A stretch of DNA of 64,000 bases from the human T2T-CHM13v2.0 reference genome, Homo sapiens. The stretch lies in assembly GCF_009914755.1 (NCBI RefSeq), contig NC_060926.1, one strand, 5' to 3'. The notes under the pieces were generated by a model. That model had not been told where the DNA came from. It did not search any database and saw nothing but the letters and a program-made list of their open reading frames with translations. The position numbers were made by a program, and so were the translations under genes. Of the stretch, positions 1 through 12,866 are shown one piece after another. How positions within the stretch are numbered: position 1 is the stretch's first letter; every line of letters starts with the position of its first letter.

Positions 1-122
1 TAGGTTTTTCCAAATGTAAGATCCTATCATCATCTGCAAATAAGGGCAATTTGACTTCTTCCTTTCCAATGTAGATTCAATTTGTTTCTCTCTCTTATCT
101 GATTGCACTAGCTAGGACTACC
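1..122 (-). mobile_element. Old LINE-1 (L1M) ORF2 fragment, cut by the window edge
   Basis: 'atcatctgcaaataagggcaatttgacttcttcctttccaat' is the antisense of the L1 RT FADD region. Confidence 0.75.
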
Positions 123-966
123 AAAATCTATCTCATTTGATTCTCCTAAAGTACTCATGTAGTAAGCTAATAAAACCTTACACTTACCATCTTACACAAC
201 TTGGAAAGAGAGTTGTAGAGGTTGCAGAGCTAGAGCCCTGCAATATACAATCAATTTGTTAACAATTGCCTGGAAAAATCCTTTGAGACTTCTCTATATT
301 CTCAAGGTAGGAAGGCAAAACATTAACATTGCATCTTCACTTATAAGAGGGAGAAAACATTTTTTTAGTTGGTTTTTATCTCTATATTGAAAAGCCTCTG
401 GATCCACTGCTTTTTTCCCACAACTTTTTTCATAAATCTTTATGTTTTCTTTCTTATTCTTCCTTTTACCAGGTTTTCATTCCTTCCTTATTAATTAAAA
501 AATATTCTTGAGTACCTAGTATGGGCTAGGCACAGTTCCAGAAGTAAATGTAATATTTTTGGAGTTTCTGTTCTAATAAAATTACAGTTCACATTGAAAA
601 TTTATATTGTCTTTGCCCTCTGCAGCAAAGCCCTAAACATATTATATTTTTATAACAAATAGGAAAACATATTCTATTTATACTTTTATATAAAATATGT
701 TTTAAATGCTAGTTATAACTTTGTGTGTCCATGTATTTCAGTATGCCTACACATGGAAATTAATAACAATATTTTGGTCATTACTTTTCTCCAATTACCT
801 AAAAATAATGTTTTCCAATAAAAAATAAAATATGTAACATTTTCTCTAAAATTTCCATTAGCAATAACGTTATTAACAATATTTAGTATTAACAATTACA
901 TATCTTATTGTATCTTATTATTAACAAAAATAAAGATATAAAATTATACCTTTAAAGATATGCATC

Positions 967-1272
967 ACCTGGGTTTGATGGCTCAGGTCTGTATCCTTAG
1001 GCTTTGGGAGGCTAGGGTGGAGGATCACTTGAGGACAAGAATTCACGATCAGCTTGGGCAACATAGCAAAATCCCATCCTTACATGAAAAATAATTTAAA
1101 GATTACCTGGATGAGGTGGCTCTCACCTGTGGTCCTAGTCATTCAGGAAGCTGAGGCCAGAGGATTGCTTAGGCCCAGGAGTTTGAGGTTACAGTGAGCA
1201 ACTATTGCTCCACTGCACTGCAGCCCGAGTGAAGAGTGAGACTCTGTCTCTAAAAAAAAAAATAATAATAAA
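967..1272 (+). mobile_element. AluJ-type SINE
   Basis: Diverged Alu dimer with J-type 'aggagtttgaggttacagtgagc' and an A-rich tail. Confidence 0.85.
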
Positions 1273-1374
1273 TTAAAATGGATGTCATACATTCAGCAAG
1301 AAAACATAGGAAATGAAGAGATATAATAAATCATTGTAGAAGGAGAAAAGTGTGTTCTGTGAAACTTTACTCTC

Positions 1375-1570
1375 CCTCTGTGTGTCTCTGTCTCTCTGTA
1401 TGTCTGCATGTGTTTGTATTATAAGTTGAGATATGTGCATGAATTTGTATTTATATATACACATGTACTTATATACATGTGTATACATATATAATACATA
1501 CACCTATACAACATATAATATATATCATCTACATTATATATACACAAATATATACATATTCTATATAGAA
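1375..1570. repeat. Low-complexity TG/TA/CA-rich degenerate microsatellite
   Basis: Visible degenerate dinucleotide runs. Confidence 0.7.
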
Positions 1571-3329
1571 CATTAAATGACTAGAGGACTTTCTATTTCT
1601 ATATCGGCACAGCTAACTCGACTATTCAAAGGCTGGATATTTTATTTTAGGGCTCGTTTTTTTCTCATCCTTTTTCTTATTATCGTCGGGCTTTGTGTTT
1701 CTTCTCCAATCAGTAACGTTTGCACAGAGTAAAGAAGGAGAAAGAAAAAGGTGACTTTAAGATAAATCTATTTTTCTACTTCTGAATAAAGTTTTAAAAG
1801 CAGAAAAGTTGAAAATTGGAGACTAGCGCTGAAGTTTTATCTGTGGTTGGCTTTTATCTGTGGGTGGCCTTTATCTGATCTCTAGTAGTTCCTCCCTTCT
1901 GTGGATTATAAAAATGAAGCCTCTATACAAAGAGTTTTGGGTACCGCTCATCTTACCACTTCATTCATTGGTCTAAAACTTCAGCCTCAGGAACTTAGAA
2001 GTATGTTTTAAGATTATCCAATAGTAGCTTGAGATATAGGACCACTTTTTTTGTTCATTAGATTAAAGAAGCTACCGTAAACATATCTAGCCCTGAGTGG
2101 TGGGTTATATGTGAAGTGGGTGGTGGTGATTATCTAAATTCATTGCTATGAAACTATGAAGCTCCTGAAGACATAATCTTTTCCTAAAGAATAACGAGTT
2201 TAAAATTTTTATAAACATCACTACCCTATTGCTGAGAGATTTGGTTACAAGTTTTGTTTTCTTTTTTAGAATTTTAACTCTTCAGAGAGTGACTAGGTCT
2301 TTAGTAATGTGTTTTTGTATGCAGGAACTTGCAATCCTATGATTTTTCTAAATTTATCTCCATATTGACACTCCAAGAAGTTTTATGAAAGGTCCAGTGG
2401 TTACTATAGGAATACAAATCTCTCTAGCTGAAACTCTATGAGTGGGCTTTATCATTTTCTAGAAAATAACAAGATATTAATTTGGATTTAATTGGTTCAA
2501 GTAAGGTAGTAAAAGAATTGTCACATGTATACATTATTTTTTCTTTTAAAAAATCATTTATTTATTTATTTATTACTGTTGATTTGTTTGAATCAGCATC
2601 CAAACAAGGTCTACACATGACCTCAGTCAACCTATTTTTTACACTTCTTTTCATCTTTTATTTTCTTGTAATTTATTTGCAGAGGCAAAGGGGCGGTTTG
2701 CTGCCAGGGTTTCCCATGGTCTAGATTCACTGATTGCCTGCATTTAAGGGGGAAAATACAGAACATATTTCTCCGACCTGTGTATTTACTGTCCACTAGT
2801 AATTAGAACTAGTTGCTTTATTTAATTCAAGTTTATTTTTCTTTTTTTTTCTTTTTTTTTTTTTTACCTTTTTGGCGGCACTCCTTCAGAGGTAAAGGTA
2901 TACACTTATCTCAGGAGGCATTGAATGTCTGACTATCTCTTATTTTACATCATCATCATTGGTCATTATCATCATTGCTTGAATTGATTATTTCATTATG
3001 GGTTTTTAAAATACAAATATTTTGTGACTTTTTAATCAATAACATTTCTCCCTGGTGTATGTAGTAGGACTGCGCATGAAGCATCTGCTAAATTTAATTA
3101 TATAGGAAGAAAATTTAAACCATTTCATGCCACAAACTATTTGACCACTGGAATGCTGTGAAAAAATATCTTTGGACTTGCACAGAAATAGGCCAGCTTA
3201 AATGATGTTTGAGTGAAAGACAGCTCCGTAATATGGGTAGAAAAATCCTGACTTGCAGATTTTTATGGAAAAATGACATAATGCACAATCAGCATTTTCT
3301 AGACCTTCCAAGTGCCCAAATTGTATGAG

Positions 3330-3900
3330 TTATTCATCTATTAAATCAGTAAATATTTAGAACTACTCTTATCCAAGTATTGAAGCTACAACAATGATCT
3401 GATCAAGACAGATAAATCTCCAGCCCTCATAAAGTTGCTTACATTTGATAGGAGAGAATGATATAATTTCATAATTTATGTAGTGACAAGCATAGTAAAG
3501 AATAATAAAATTTGAGAAGAGAAAATGTCACTTTAGGTCAGGATGTGAGGGGAGAACTCTCTGAGAATATAATGTTTAACAACAAGACTAAATTATGTAA
3601 AAAAAAAATAATATCTGGGGAAAAAGTGTAAGAGGTGAAATCAAATATAAAATCTCTAAAGCAGGAAGACATTTGTCCTATCCTTGGACTTGTTTGGAAC
3701 CTGAGAAAATGGATTGCTGATAATGTCATTTGAGATGGTAAAAATTATAGGAACAACATGATTGAAAATGGGGGAGGGAGTCCTAGAATTAAGTTTGGGA
3801 AATGCTGAGTTTGAGATACCTCTTAGACACTCAAGTAGAAATGTCAAGTTGGTAATTGATATATGTGAATCTGGAACTCAGGAAGATATACATTTAGGGC
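3330..3900 (-). mobile_element. LINE-2 3' fragment
   Basis: 'aaatatttagaactact...caagacagataaatctccagccctcataaagttgcttacatt' and 'aaatgctgagtttgagatacctcttagaca' resemble antisense L2. Confidence 0.65.
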
Positions 3901-5199
3901 AAAGAAGAAGAGATTGAAGAGCTGTTAGTCAAAGGATCACTGTCAAATTTCAGAGATGAGGAAGGAATACAGAATGTCTGTATCTATAAAACTAATTGTA
4001 TTTTATAAGTTGGACCAAGTATAATACTGCCAAACATTCCTAATAAAAAGTGCACTTATACTTATTTCTTTCCTTAAGTATTACTTGTTTCTATATTTCC
4101 TTATGCAGAACTCTACTCCCTGGTGGGGCACCCTGTTATATTTTGAATTATTTTCTTGTCAAATGATATTCTAGATTTCCCTGTTGTCAGCAGCTAATTC
4201 ATGGCTGTGTCACTTAAAGTGTGTCCTGTGGAACAACAATTTCTTCCAGGAAATTAGAGGTTCTGTGGTTAAATTTGCTCAGAAACACTATTTACGTTAC
4301 CAGTATTTGGAACATCCCAGCATCTAATAGAATATTAACAAAGGACATCTCAGAAGCCCATCGAGTTTTGTCCACAAAATTATTTTTACAGAAAACACCT
4401 ATTAACCTCCAATGGAACTGGTACCTAAAAAACAGTCTTCAGGAAATGCCATGGATGGATCGATGACTCTAACAGCCACACGTCTCAATCAGAAGTTCTA
4501 TGAGCAGGTCCCTCTCATTCTGATGTTTTAATTGACTGATGCCCATTGATTCGAGGAGATGTAATAAGAATATTGCTAACAGAAGAACCAAAATGCTGAG
4601 GGCATTTGCATGAATCACATCTGCTCCATAAAGCCTTCACTGAGTACTCTGTCCTCATTAGTTTTTCTTGTTTCTAAACTCCCATAATATTCATAGCTCC
4701 CATAATGCTCAAATATCCAATCGCTCACTATTCAATATTTAATTGTACACAGGCTTGTATTTCTGGCTCATGGCTTCCATCCTCACAGCTAATCATTCTT
4801 CACTTCTACATGCATGGTCCGTATGTCTCAGTCAAAACAAACTCTCTGAGTCCTCAAGCCTGCCCGATGTTTGTTCAGTATTATGCTTTTGAAAAAGTTG
4901 TTTGGGATCTTCTATCCTCTTCCCATCTTGGCCAATTATTATTGGTCTTCAAAGTCTCGGTCAAATATAACTTCTGCTGCAAAACTACCCCTGTCCTTTA
5001 AGTTTTCATGATGTTTTGTATAAATAGTCACACTGTCACACTTCACACACTATTCTTTGCTATTAGTGTTAGCTTCTGAGACTATGTCTCACTAATTGAT
5101 AGAAAGGGCAGAAGTGTGTCTTATTCAATTGTGTATCTATTTGGAGAGACTTCCTGGGAGACTCAATTCCCCAGGAAAAATAGAGAGAGAGAAAAAGAA

Positions 5200-5572
5200 A
5201 GCACATTTTTTAATACATTTATCTGTGGATGGACACTTAGGTTGTTTCTATATCTTGGTTAATGTGAGTAATACTGCAATATGCATTGAAGTGCAGGAAT
5301 GTCTTCAAGATTCTATTTTTATTTCTTTTGGATATATGCCCACCAGTGGGATTGCTGGATCATATGGTAGTTTTATTTTTTTTATTTTTGAGAAACATCC
5401 ATATTATTTTCCACAATGGCTGGACAAATTTACATTCCTACCAACTGTATACAAGCGTTTTCCTTTTTCCACACCCTCCCCAACTCTTGCTATTTCTTGT
5501 GTTTTTGATAATAGACAATCTAAAAGGCATGAAGTGATCTCTCATTGTGGTTTTGATTTGCATTTCCCTGAT
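5200..5572 (-). mobile_element. L1MA/MB ORF2 3' fragment (inverted)
   Basis: 'gatggacacttaggttg...gttttgatttgcatttccctgat' is typical antisense L1 ORF2 3' end. Confidence 0.85.
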
Positions 5573-6796
5573 TTGGCTGCTCCCTGTTTGCAAAACCAAA
5601 AAACAAGGACAAGGGGTGGCAGGAAATTGACTTTATTTACCAAAAATAGCAGTGGGAAAATGTAACCACCCAATGGATTCACCTTGCCTGCTGCCTAGAC
5701 AGAGCTAATTTATCAAGACAGGGGACTTGCAGTAGAGAAACAGTAATCCATGCAGAGCTGGCTGTGCAGGAGACTGGAGTTTTATTATTACTCAAATCAG
5801 TCTCCTGAGCATTCGGGGATCAGAGTTTTTAAGGCTATTTTGGTGGTGGTGGGGCAGAGGGGAAGACCAGTGAGTCCAGAGTGTTGATTGGTTTGGTCAG
5901 AGATGAAATCTGGGAAGTTGAAGCTGTCCTCTTGTGCTGAGTCAGTTTCTGGGTGGGCGCCACAAGATCAGATGAGCCAGTTGATCAATCTGGGTGGTAC
6001 CAGCTGATCCATCAAGTGCAGGTCTGCAAAATATCTCAGGCACTGAGTGTACGAGCAGTGTAAAAGGGATTAGGATCTTGTAGTCACCAGCTGCATGACT
6101 CCTAAACCATAATTTCTAATCCTTTGGCTAATTTGTTAGTCCTACAAAGGCAGTCTAGTCCCCCATCAAGAAGGAGTTTTGTTGTTGGAAAGGACTGTTA
6201 CATGGTCTTTGTTTTAAACTATAAACTATAAACCAGGTTTCTTCCAAAGTTAGTCAGCCTATGCCCAGAATGGAACAAGGACAGCTTAAAAGTTAGAAGC
6301 AAGATGGAGTCGGTTAAGTTAGACCTCTTCTACTGTCTCAGTCATAATTTTGGAAAGGTGGTTTCAAAAATGATCTAGGCTTCCTTCCTTAGAAAAACCA
6401 TTTCAAATTTTTGGGCAGAATGTGATGGCTTTCAGAGGGAATTTTGGTATTTTGAGCATGCAGGAAAGGAACTGATGTTTTGTCTTGAGTTATTGTCTCA
6501 TCTGGTGAATGAGCTGGCACCATTTTAAGCGTATCTAGATTATACATTAACTGTAGCCTCGAGATAATCTCCTGGTGGCTGAAAATTCCATAGGCACCTG
6601 GATTGTCTCAAGATTCAGTCGCTGAAACTTGTAAGCAAACATATAATTAGATAAGCTACCAGTGCAAGGGAGTGCCTGGTGGAAAGAAGGAGACCAAAAG
6701 TCACTATTTTACTATTAACAAAAAAAAGCCATCAAAAAAGGGAAGAAAGGAAAAAAGAACTAAGAAAACTCCTTAAAAATAGAGTACTCAGTTACA
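5573..6796 (-). mobile_element. ERV1-class LTR (subfamily uncertain), interrupted by LTR8
   Basis: Ends in 'gagtactcagttaca' (reverse-strand LTR start TGTAACTGAGTAC); sequence continues on both sides of the LTR8 insert. Confidence 0.5.
5661..6366 (-). mobile_element. LTR8 solo LTR (ERV1, MER4 group)
   Basis: TG...CA termini ('tgtaaccacccaatgg' ... 'aaaggtggtttca'), LTR8-like body, 4-bp TSD AAAA (5657-5660/6367-6370). Confidence 0.85.
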
Positions 6797-7115
6797 GGAT
6801 CAAGAGAAAATGGGAGATATTGGTCAAAGGTATAAAATTTCAATTATAAGATTGATTAAGTTCTTGGGATCTAATGCACACATACCAATGTTAGTTAATA
6901 ATACTCTATTATTTAATGTGAAATTTGATGGCAGTACATTTTCAGTGTCCTTATCACACACACACAATGATAGCTATGTGTGCTGATGGATGTTTTAAGT
7001 AATTTGATTATAGTAACTATTACACAATGTATACATATATCAAATCATCATGTTGTACACTTTGAATATATGCTATCTTATTTGTCAATTAAATGTTTTA
7101 GAACAAACAAAAAAG
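6797..7115 (+). mobile_element. L1MA/MB 3' UTR fragment
   Basis: 'ggtcaaaggtataaaatttca...atgtatacatatatcaaatcatcatgttgtacac' followed by an A-rich tail. Confidence 0.8.
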
Positions 7116-8051
7116 AGAAACAATTGTCTTGGAAAAAGGAAGCATGATCTATCAATACTTGATGACTTTGAGCAACAAATTCACATTTTTAACTAAAAAA
7201 TGTGTGGGAGAGGGGCTTCAGTTTATTAATTTTAGCTCAAAATGCTATTTTAACATACAAGAAAAAAATAATTTCTTTATTCTTGATTAAACTGAATTTG
7301 ATCTTCTATATAAGCCTTCCTACCCCAATCAGCAGAAAAAAAAAGAGACCGATATGTAATATGGATTCCTTTTAGTTTAATTTAATAACTTAGTTTGTTT
7401 AATGGGAGTTTTCAGTCTCTTTCAGTGCCTAGCCTCTGAAATAGCCTTCCATGTCTCCTGGACTCTTTTCCCTGAAATGTAAATGTACAGTAAGTTAGGC
7501 TCCTCATGCTTCAGGAAGTGGAAAGCAGGGGTTCCCAGAACTTGTAGTAATCCTTGGATTTCCAGAAGAATGTGTCTTTCATATCACTATGGTTACTGCA
7601 TGCCTTACTGACATAGGCAAAGAAATCTGCAGCCAGCTTAACTCATAAACTGGTCTTGCTAGGCTTTGGTAACAGTTTTGGGTTGCTCCCTTGTTAACTT
7701 CACCTCAACTTAGCTTCAAGAGGTGCTTGCTCCTGGACCACCCTTTATCTTGTCTTCTGGTATGGCTGTCTGCCCACAACCTCTGATGAGAGGTCATCTT
7801 ACTCTTTTACCTGTATTCCTTTGCAGGAGACCCCTAGCTCTCAAATAAGCATGTATGCTATGTGGAACTAAGAGTGGCCAGAAACACTAAGTCGTTGCAA
7901 CCTCCTCTGCTTGATTACACTGCCCAACATTATTGATAAGAGAGGACTGATTACAAGATGATATTCTTCATGGCACAGTACTGGGGCACAGAAAATGATT
8001 TCCAAAATATGGCACTTCAGCCTGCTGAGTGCTTTGAAAATTGAAAGGACT

Positions 8052-8670
8052 TGAAGCTATGTTTGCAAAATTATGGCTGTAAGAGAAATATGACATAGTT
8101 GACTTCATCTTGCTTCTAACCTCCAAACTGTCCTTGGTCATTCCTGGGTACGGGCCAAGATAACTTTGGAAAGAAGTTAGTTTACAGCTTAATCTTAAAG
8201 CAAGGATTATAATGGCCCATCCCCAAACTAAATTCCCCATGTAAAGCTAATAAGGGGCCACAAGGTTGAGATTAGAGAGAGGCCTGAACTCTAAGATGTA
8301 AACATAGTTAAATAATAACCCCCTTTGTTCTGGAGATCACAAGATTTGTAACTTCCTGAATTACTCCTGTAGATAACGTCACTACTGTATAACCTAAGAT
8401 TGGTCTTTTGATATATTTTTCAGACTTTTGCACTCTGGCAAGTGACTGACCACAGCCAGATGCATGACTCATGATTCAGCTGGTTCTGTGTGCCCCCTCC
8501 CAGAGGTGGACTCAAGCAAATGAAAACTGTTTTCTGCACAACATGATTGCATCTTCACCCAGTCAGCAGCACCTATTCTCTAGTTCCTTGCCTATCTGCT
8601 GTCCTTGAAAAACCTTAAGCTCGACACCTTCAGAAAGAACCCCCTCACCTTCACAAGAGCAGCAGTTACA
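8052..8670 (+). mobile_element. LTR8A/B-like solo LTR (internally deleted)
   Basis: 'tgaagctatgtttgcaaaattatg...gacttcatcttgcttctaacctccaa' start and '...gcagttaca' end; homologous to the reverse complement of 5661-6366. Confidence 0.75.
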
Positions 8671-8802
8671 AGTTGATTTCTGTCTAGAAGGTACATTAAT
8701 TTCCCCTGAAAATTATTTACTCCTACATACTCCTACAATTACCCCCTCCCCTTTTCCTCTCTTCCTTGAAGAAGTATTTAAACACTGACCTCATCTGGCC
8801 TC

Positions 8803-9045
8803 TTTCTTTTCTTTTCCTTTTCTTCCTTCTTCTCCTTCTCTTTCTTTCTTCTTTCTTCTTCCCTCTTCCGTCTTCTCTCTTCTATCTTCTATCTTCTTCC
8901 TTCTTCCTTCTCTCTTCTCTCTTCTTTCTTCTTTCTTCTTCTTGTTTTTCTTCTTCTTTGAGACAAGGTCTCGTTATTTTGCCCAGGCTGGTCTCCAACT
9001 CCTGACCTCAAGCAATCCTTCTGCCTCAGCCTCCTGAGTCACTGG
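8803..9045 (-). mobile_element. Alu monomer (FLAM-like) with expanded CT-rich tail
   Basis: Single Alu arm at ~8958-9045 preceded by ~150 bp of (CTT)n-like tract; candidate TSD 'ctggcc..tttct'. Confidence 0.7.
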
Positions 9046-9659
9046 CTGGCCCTTTCTTTTAGTTTTTATATTTTGTGTGACTCCAGTGCACATATTTGCA
9101 TGTAATTACTTTGTTATGCTTTCCTTTTTTTTTAACCTATCTTTTGTTATAAGGGTGCTAAATGTGATCCTTTGCCATGGGAGGAAAGTGATCACCCCCT
9201 TCCTGTCCCTATAGTAGTAAATTTCTTAATTCTCCATTCACATGATCTAAGTCAGCATTTCCTCTCTAGGTGAGGCATTTACCTGGATTTTTTACTCTTC
9301 TCCCTCTTTCCTTTCTTCTTCCAATACCTAGGGGCAAGGAAGAGTCTAGCTTTCTCCTTTTTCTTCTTTCCACTTAGCTTTCCTTGTGTATACTCCAGAC
9401 TGACTGTTAATACACTTAAAGAAGAAAATTGAAAATAGAATTTAGAGTCTTTTCTCAAGAAAGTAGCCAGATTTAACATAATTTTCTTGCTGTAAAATTA
9501 AATTTTTGAGTGTAAGAGTCTGAATATTATGATTCCTAATTTTCTTTCTTCTTCCCAGAAGCCCAGAGATATAAGTAGTATCGGCCAACTGGGGTAAAAA
9601 TCATGTACTCATAAAAGCTAAGAAAAAAATCACATTAATAATTGTTGAAATATTTCTTT

Positions 9660-9918
9660 TCCTGTTTAAAAAGTGAATCTTCTCTCTAAGGAGAGATAAT
9701 CTCTGGAAAAAGTTGCTTTGAGTTATTCTTCTTGAGCCTTAATATCTTTGACTTGCTCAGGACCTGTCACTTCTTCTTTCCTATTTCCCCTTTTTGGAAT
9801 GGGAATGTCTGTCCTTTGTCTCCCCCGTGACTGTATTTTGAAATCATATAACTTGTTTGATGTCTCAGGCTTATAGCTAGAGAACAATTTGCCTCAGTAT
9901 GAATGTACCTTGAGACTC
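9660..9918 (+). mobile_element. MLT1A-type MaLR internal fragment (left part)
   Basis: 'ttttggaatgggaatgtctgtcc...gagaacaatttgcctcag' matches MaLR-int 3' region; resumes at ~16389. Confidence 0.6.
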
Positions 9919-9971
9919 TATGGGAACCATGGCCATTGATCCCTTAAAGGTTGGTTAACAGGAGAAAAGGA

Positions 9972-10715
<744 letters not shown>

Positions 10716-10717
10716 TT

Positions 10718-10736
10718 TGGTGCTGAAGACCTGGGA
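10718..10736 (+). promoter_or_regulatory. Primer binding site, tRNA-Phe-like
   Basis: TGGTGCTGAAGACCTGGGA vs tRNA-Phe PBS TGGTGCCGAAACCCGGGA (two CpG-type transitions and a 1-nt insertion); poorer match to His PBS TGGTGCCGTGACTCGGAT. Confidence 0.7.
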
Positions 10737-12188
10737 CAGGAGGACTCCTTCAGGAGACAGGTCCCCTGTCCTCGCCCTCACTCTGTGAGGAGATGAGGAG
10801 ATCCACCTATGACCTCAGGTCCTCAGACCAACCAGCCCAAGGAACATCTCACCAATTTCAAATTGGGTAAGCGGTCTTTTCAATCTCTTCTCCAGCCTCT
10901 CTTGCTATGCTTCAATCTCCCTGTCCTTCCAATTCCAGTTCCTTTTCCTCTCTAGTAGAGACAAAGGAGATACATTTTATCTGTGGACCCAAAACTCCTG
11001 CGGCGGTCACGGACTCAGGAAGACAGTCTTCCATTGGTGTTTAATTACTGCGGGGATGCCTGCCTGATTATTCACCCACATTTCATTGGTGTCTGATCAC
11101 CGCAGAGGTGCCTGCCTTGGTCATTCACCCACATTCTCTTGGTGGCAAGTCAAATGTGGGGACACTTGCTTTGGCTGCTCACCCACATTGCAGCCCAGGG
11201 CTGCTCACCACCCCCTTCTCCGTGTCTCTACCTTTCTCTTTAAACTTACCTTCTTCACTGTGGGCAAACTTCCACCCTCCATTCCCCCTTCTTCTCCCTT
11301 AGCCTGTGTTCTCAAGAACTTAAAACCTCTTCAACTCACACCTGACCTAAAACCTAACCACCTTATTTTCTTCTGCAATACTGTTGGCCCCAATACAAAC
11401 TCAACAGTAATTCCAAGCAGCCAGAGAGTGGAACTTTCAATTTCTCCATCCTACAAGATCTAGATAATTTTTGTCAAAAAATGGGCAAATGATCTGGGAT
11501 GCCTGATGTCCAGGCATTCTTTTACACATTGGTCCCTCCCTAGTCTCTGCTCCCAATGTGGCTCATCCCAAATCTTTCTTCTTTCTCTCCTGTCTGTTCC
11601 TTCAGTCTCCACCACAGGCTCTGAGTACTTCGAATCCCCCTTTTCTATGGACCCATCTGACCTCTCCCCTCCTTCTTAGGCTGCTCCTTGCTAGGGTGAA
11701 CCAGGTCCCAATTCTTCCTCAGCTTCTGCTCCCCCACCCTATGATCCTTCTGTCACCTCCCTTCTTCACACCTGGTCTGACTTACAGTTTTGTTCCATGA
11801 CTAGCCCTCCCCCACCTGCCCCAAAATTTCCTCTTAGAAAAGTGGATGGAGTTAAAGGCATAGTCAAGGTTAATGCTACTTTTTCTTTATCCTACCTCTC
11901 CCAAATCAGTTAGCGTTTAGGCTCTTTTTCATCAAATATAAAAAACCAGCCCAGTTCATGGCCTGTTTGGCAACAACCCTTAGACACTTTAATACCCTAG
12001 ATCCAGAAGGGCTGGAAGGCCGTCTTATTCTCAATATGCATTTTACTACCCAATCCGCTCCTGACATTTAAAAAAAGCTCCAAAAATTAGATTCCAGCCC
12101 TCAAACCCCACAACAGGACTTAATTAACCTCGTCTTCAAGGTATACAATAATAAAGAAGAGGCAGCCAAGTGGCAACCTATTTCTGAG

Positions 12189-12518
12189 TTGCAATTACTT
12201 GCCTCCTCTATGAGAAAAACCCCAGCCACATCTCCAGCACAAAAGAACTTCAAAACACCTAAACTGCAGCAGCCAGGCATTCCTCCAGGACCTCCTCCCC
12301 CAGGATCTTGCTTCAAGTGCTGGAAATCTGGCCACTGGGCCAAGGAATGCCCCCAGCCCAGGATTCCTCCTAAGCTGTGTCCCTTCTGTGGAGGACCCCA
12401 CTGGAAATTGGACTGTCCAACTCGCCCAGCAGCCACTCCCAGAGCCTGTAGAACTCTGGCCCAAGACTCTCTGACTGACTCCTTCCCAGAACTTCTCGGC
12501 TTAGTGGCTGAAAACTGA
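12189..12518 (+). pseudogene. gag: HERV-H gag 3' remnant (nucleocapsid, two zinc knuckles)
   Basis: [14 protein letters not shown] (CX2CX4HX4C) and [13 protein letters not shown]; upstream gag is disrupted. Confidence 0.9.
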
Positions 12519-12579
12519 CGCTGCCCGATTGCCTCAGAAGCCTCCTGAACCATCACAGACACTTTGAGTAACTCTTACA

Positions 12580-12866
12580 GTGTGGGGTAAGTCCTCCCCC
12601 TTCTTAATCAATACGGAGGCTACCCACTCCACATTACCTTTTTTTCAATGGCCTGTTTCCCTTGCCTCCATAACTGTTGTGGGTACTGACAACCAGGCTT
12701 CTAAACCCCTTAAAACTCCCCAACTCTGGTGCCAACTTGGACAACATTCTTTTATGCACTCCTTTTTAGTTATCCCCACCTGCCCAGCTCCCTTATTAGG
12801 TCAAGACATTTTAACTACATTATCTGCTTCCCTGACTATTCCTAGGCTACAGCCACACCTCACTGC
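12580..12866 (+). pseudogene. pro: HERV-H protease remnant
   Basis: FLINTEATHS (degenerate DTGA active site) and CPAPLLGQDIL (GRD-flap region). Confidence 0.85.

Larger units (their letters stand above)
7980..9212 (+). mobile_element. MER34/MER39-type ERV1 LTR, interrupted by an LTR8A-like LTR and an Alu monomer
   Basis: Start 'ggggcacagaaaatgatttccaaaatatggcact' and end 'cctgtccctata' resemble MER34/39 termini. Confidence 0.55.

Noticed and set aside
5096-5665. 189-aa ORF
   Set aside because: Non-ATG start; chance read-through of L2-like, antisense L1 and LTR sequence.
8766-9005. Hydrophobic F/L/S-rich ORF resembling a membrane peptide
   Set aside because: Translation of a CT-rich Alu tail.
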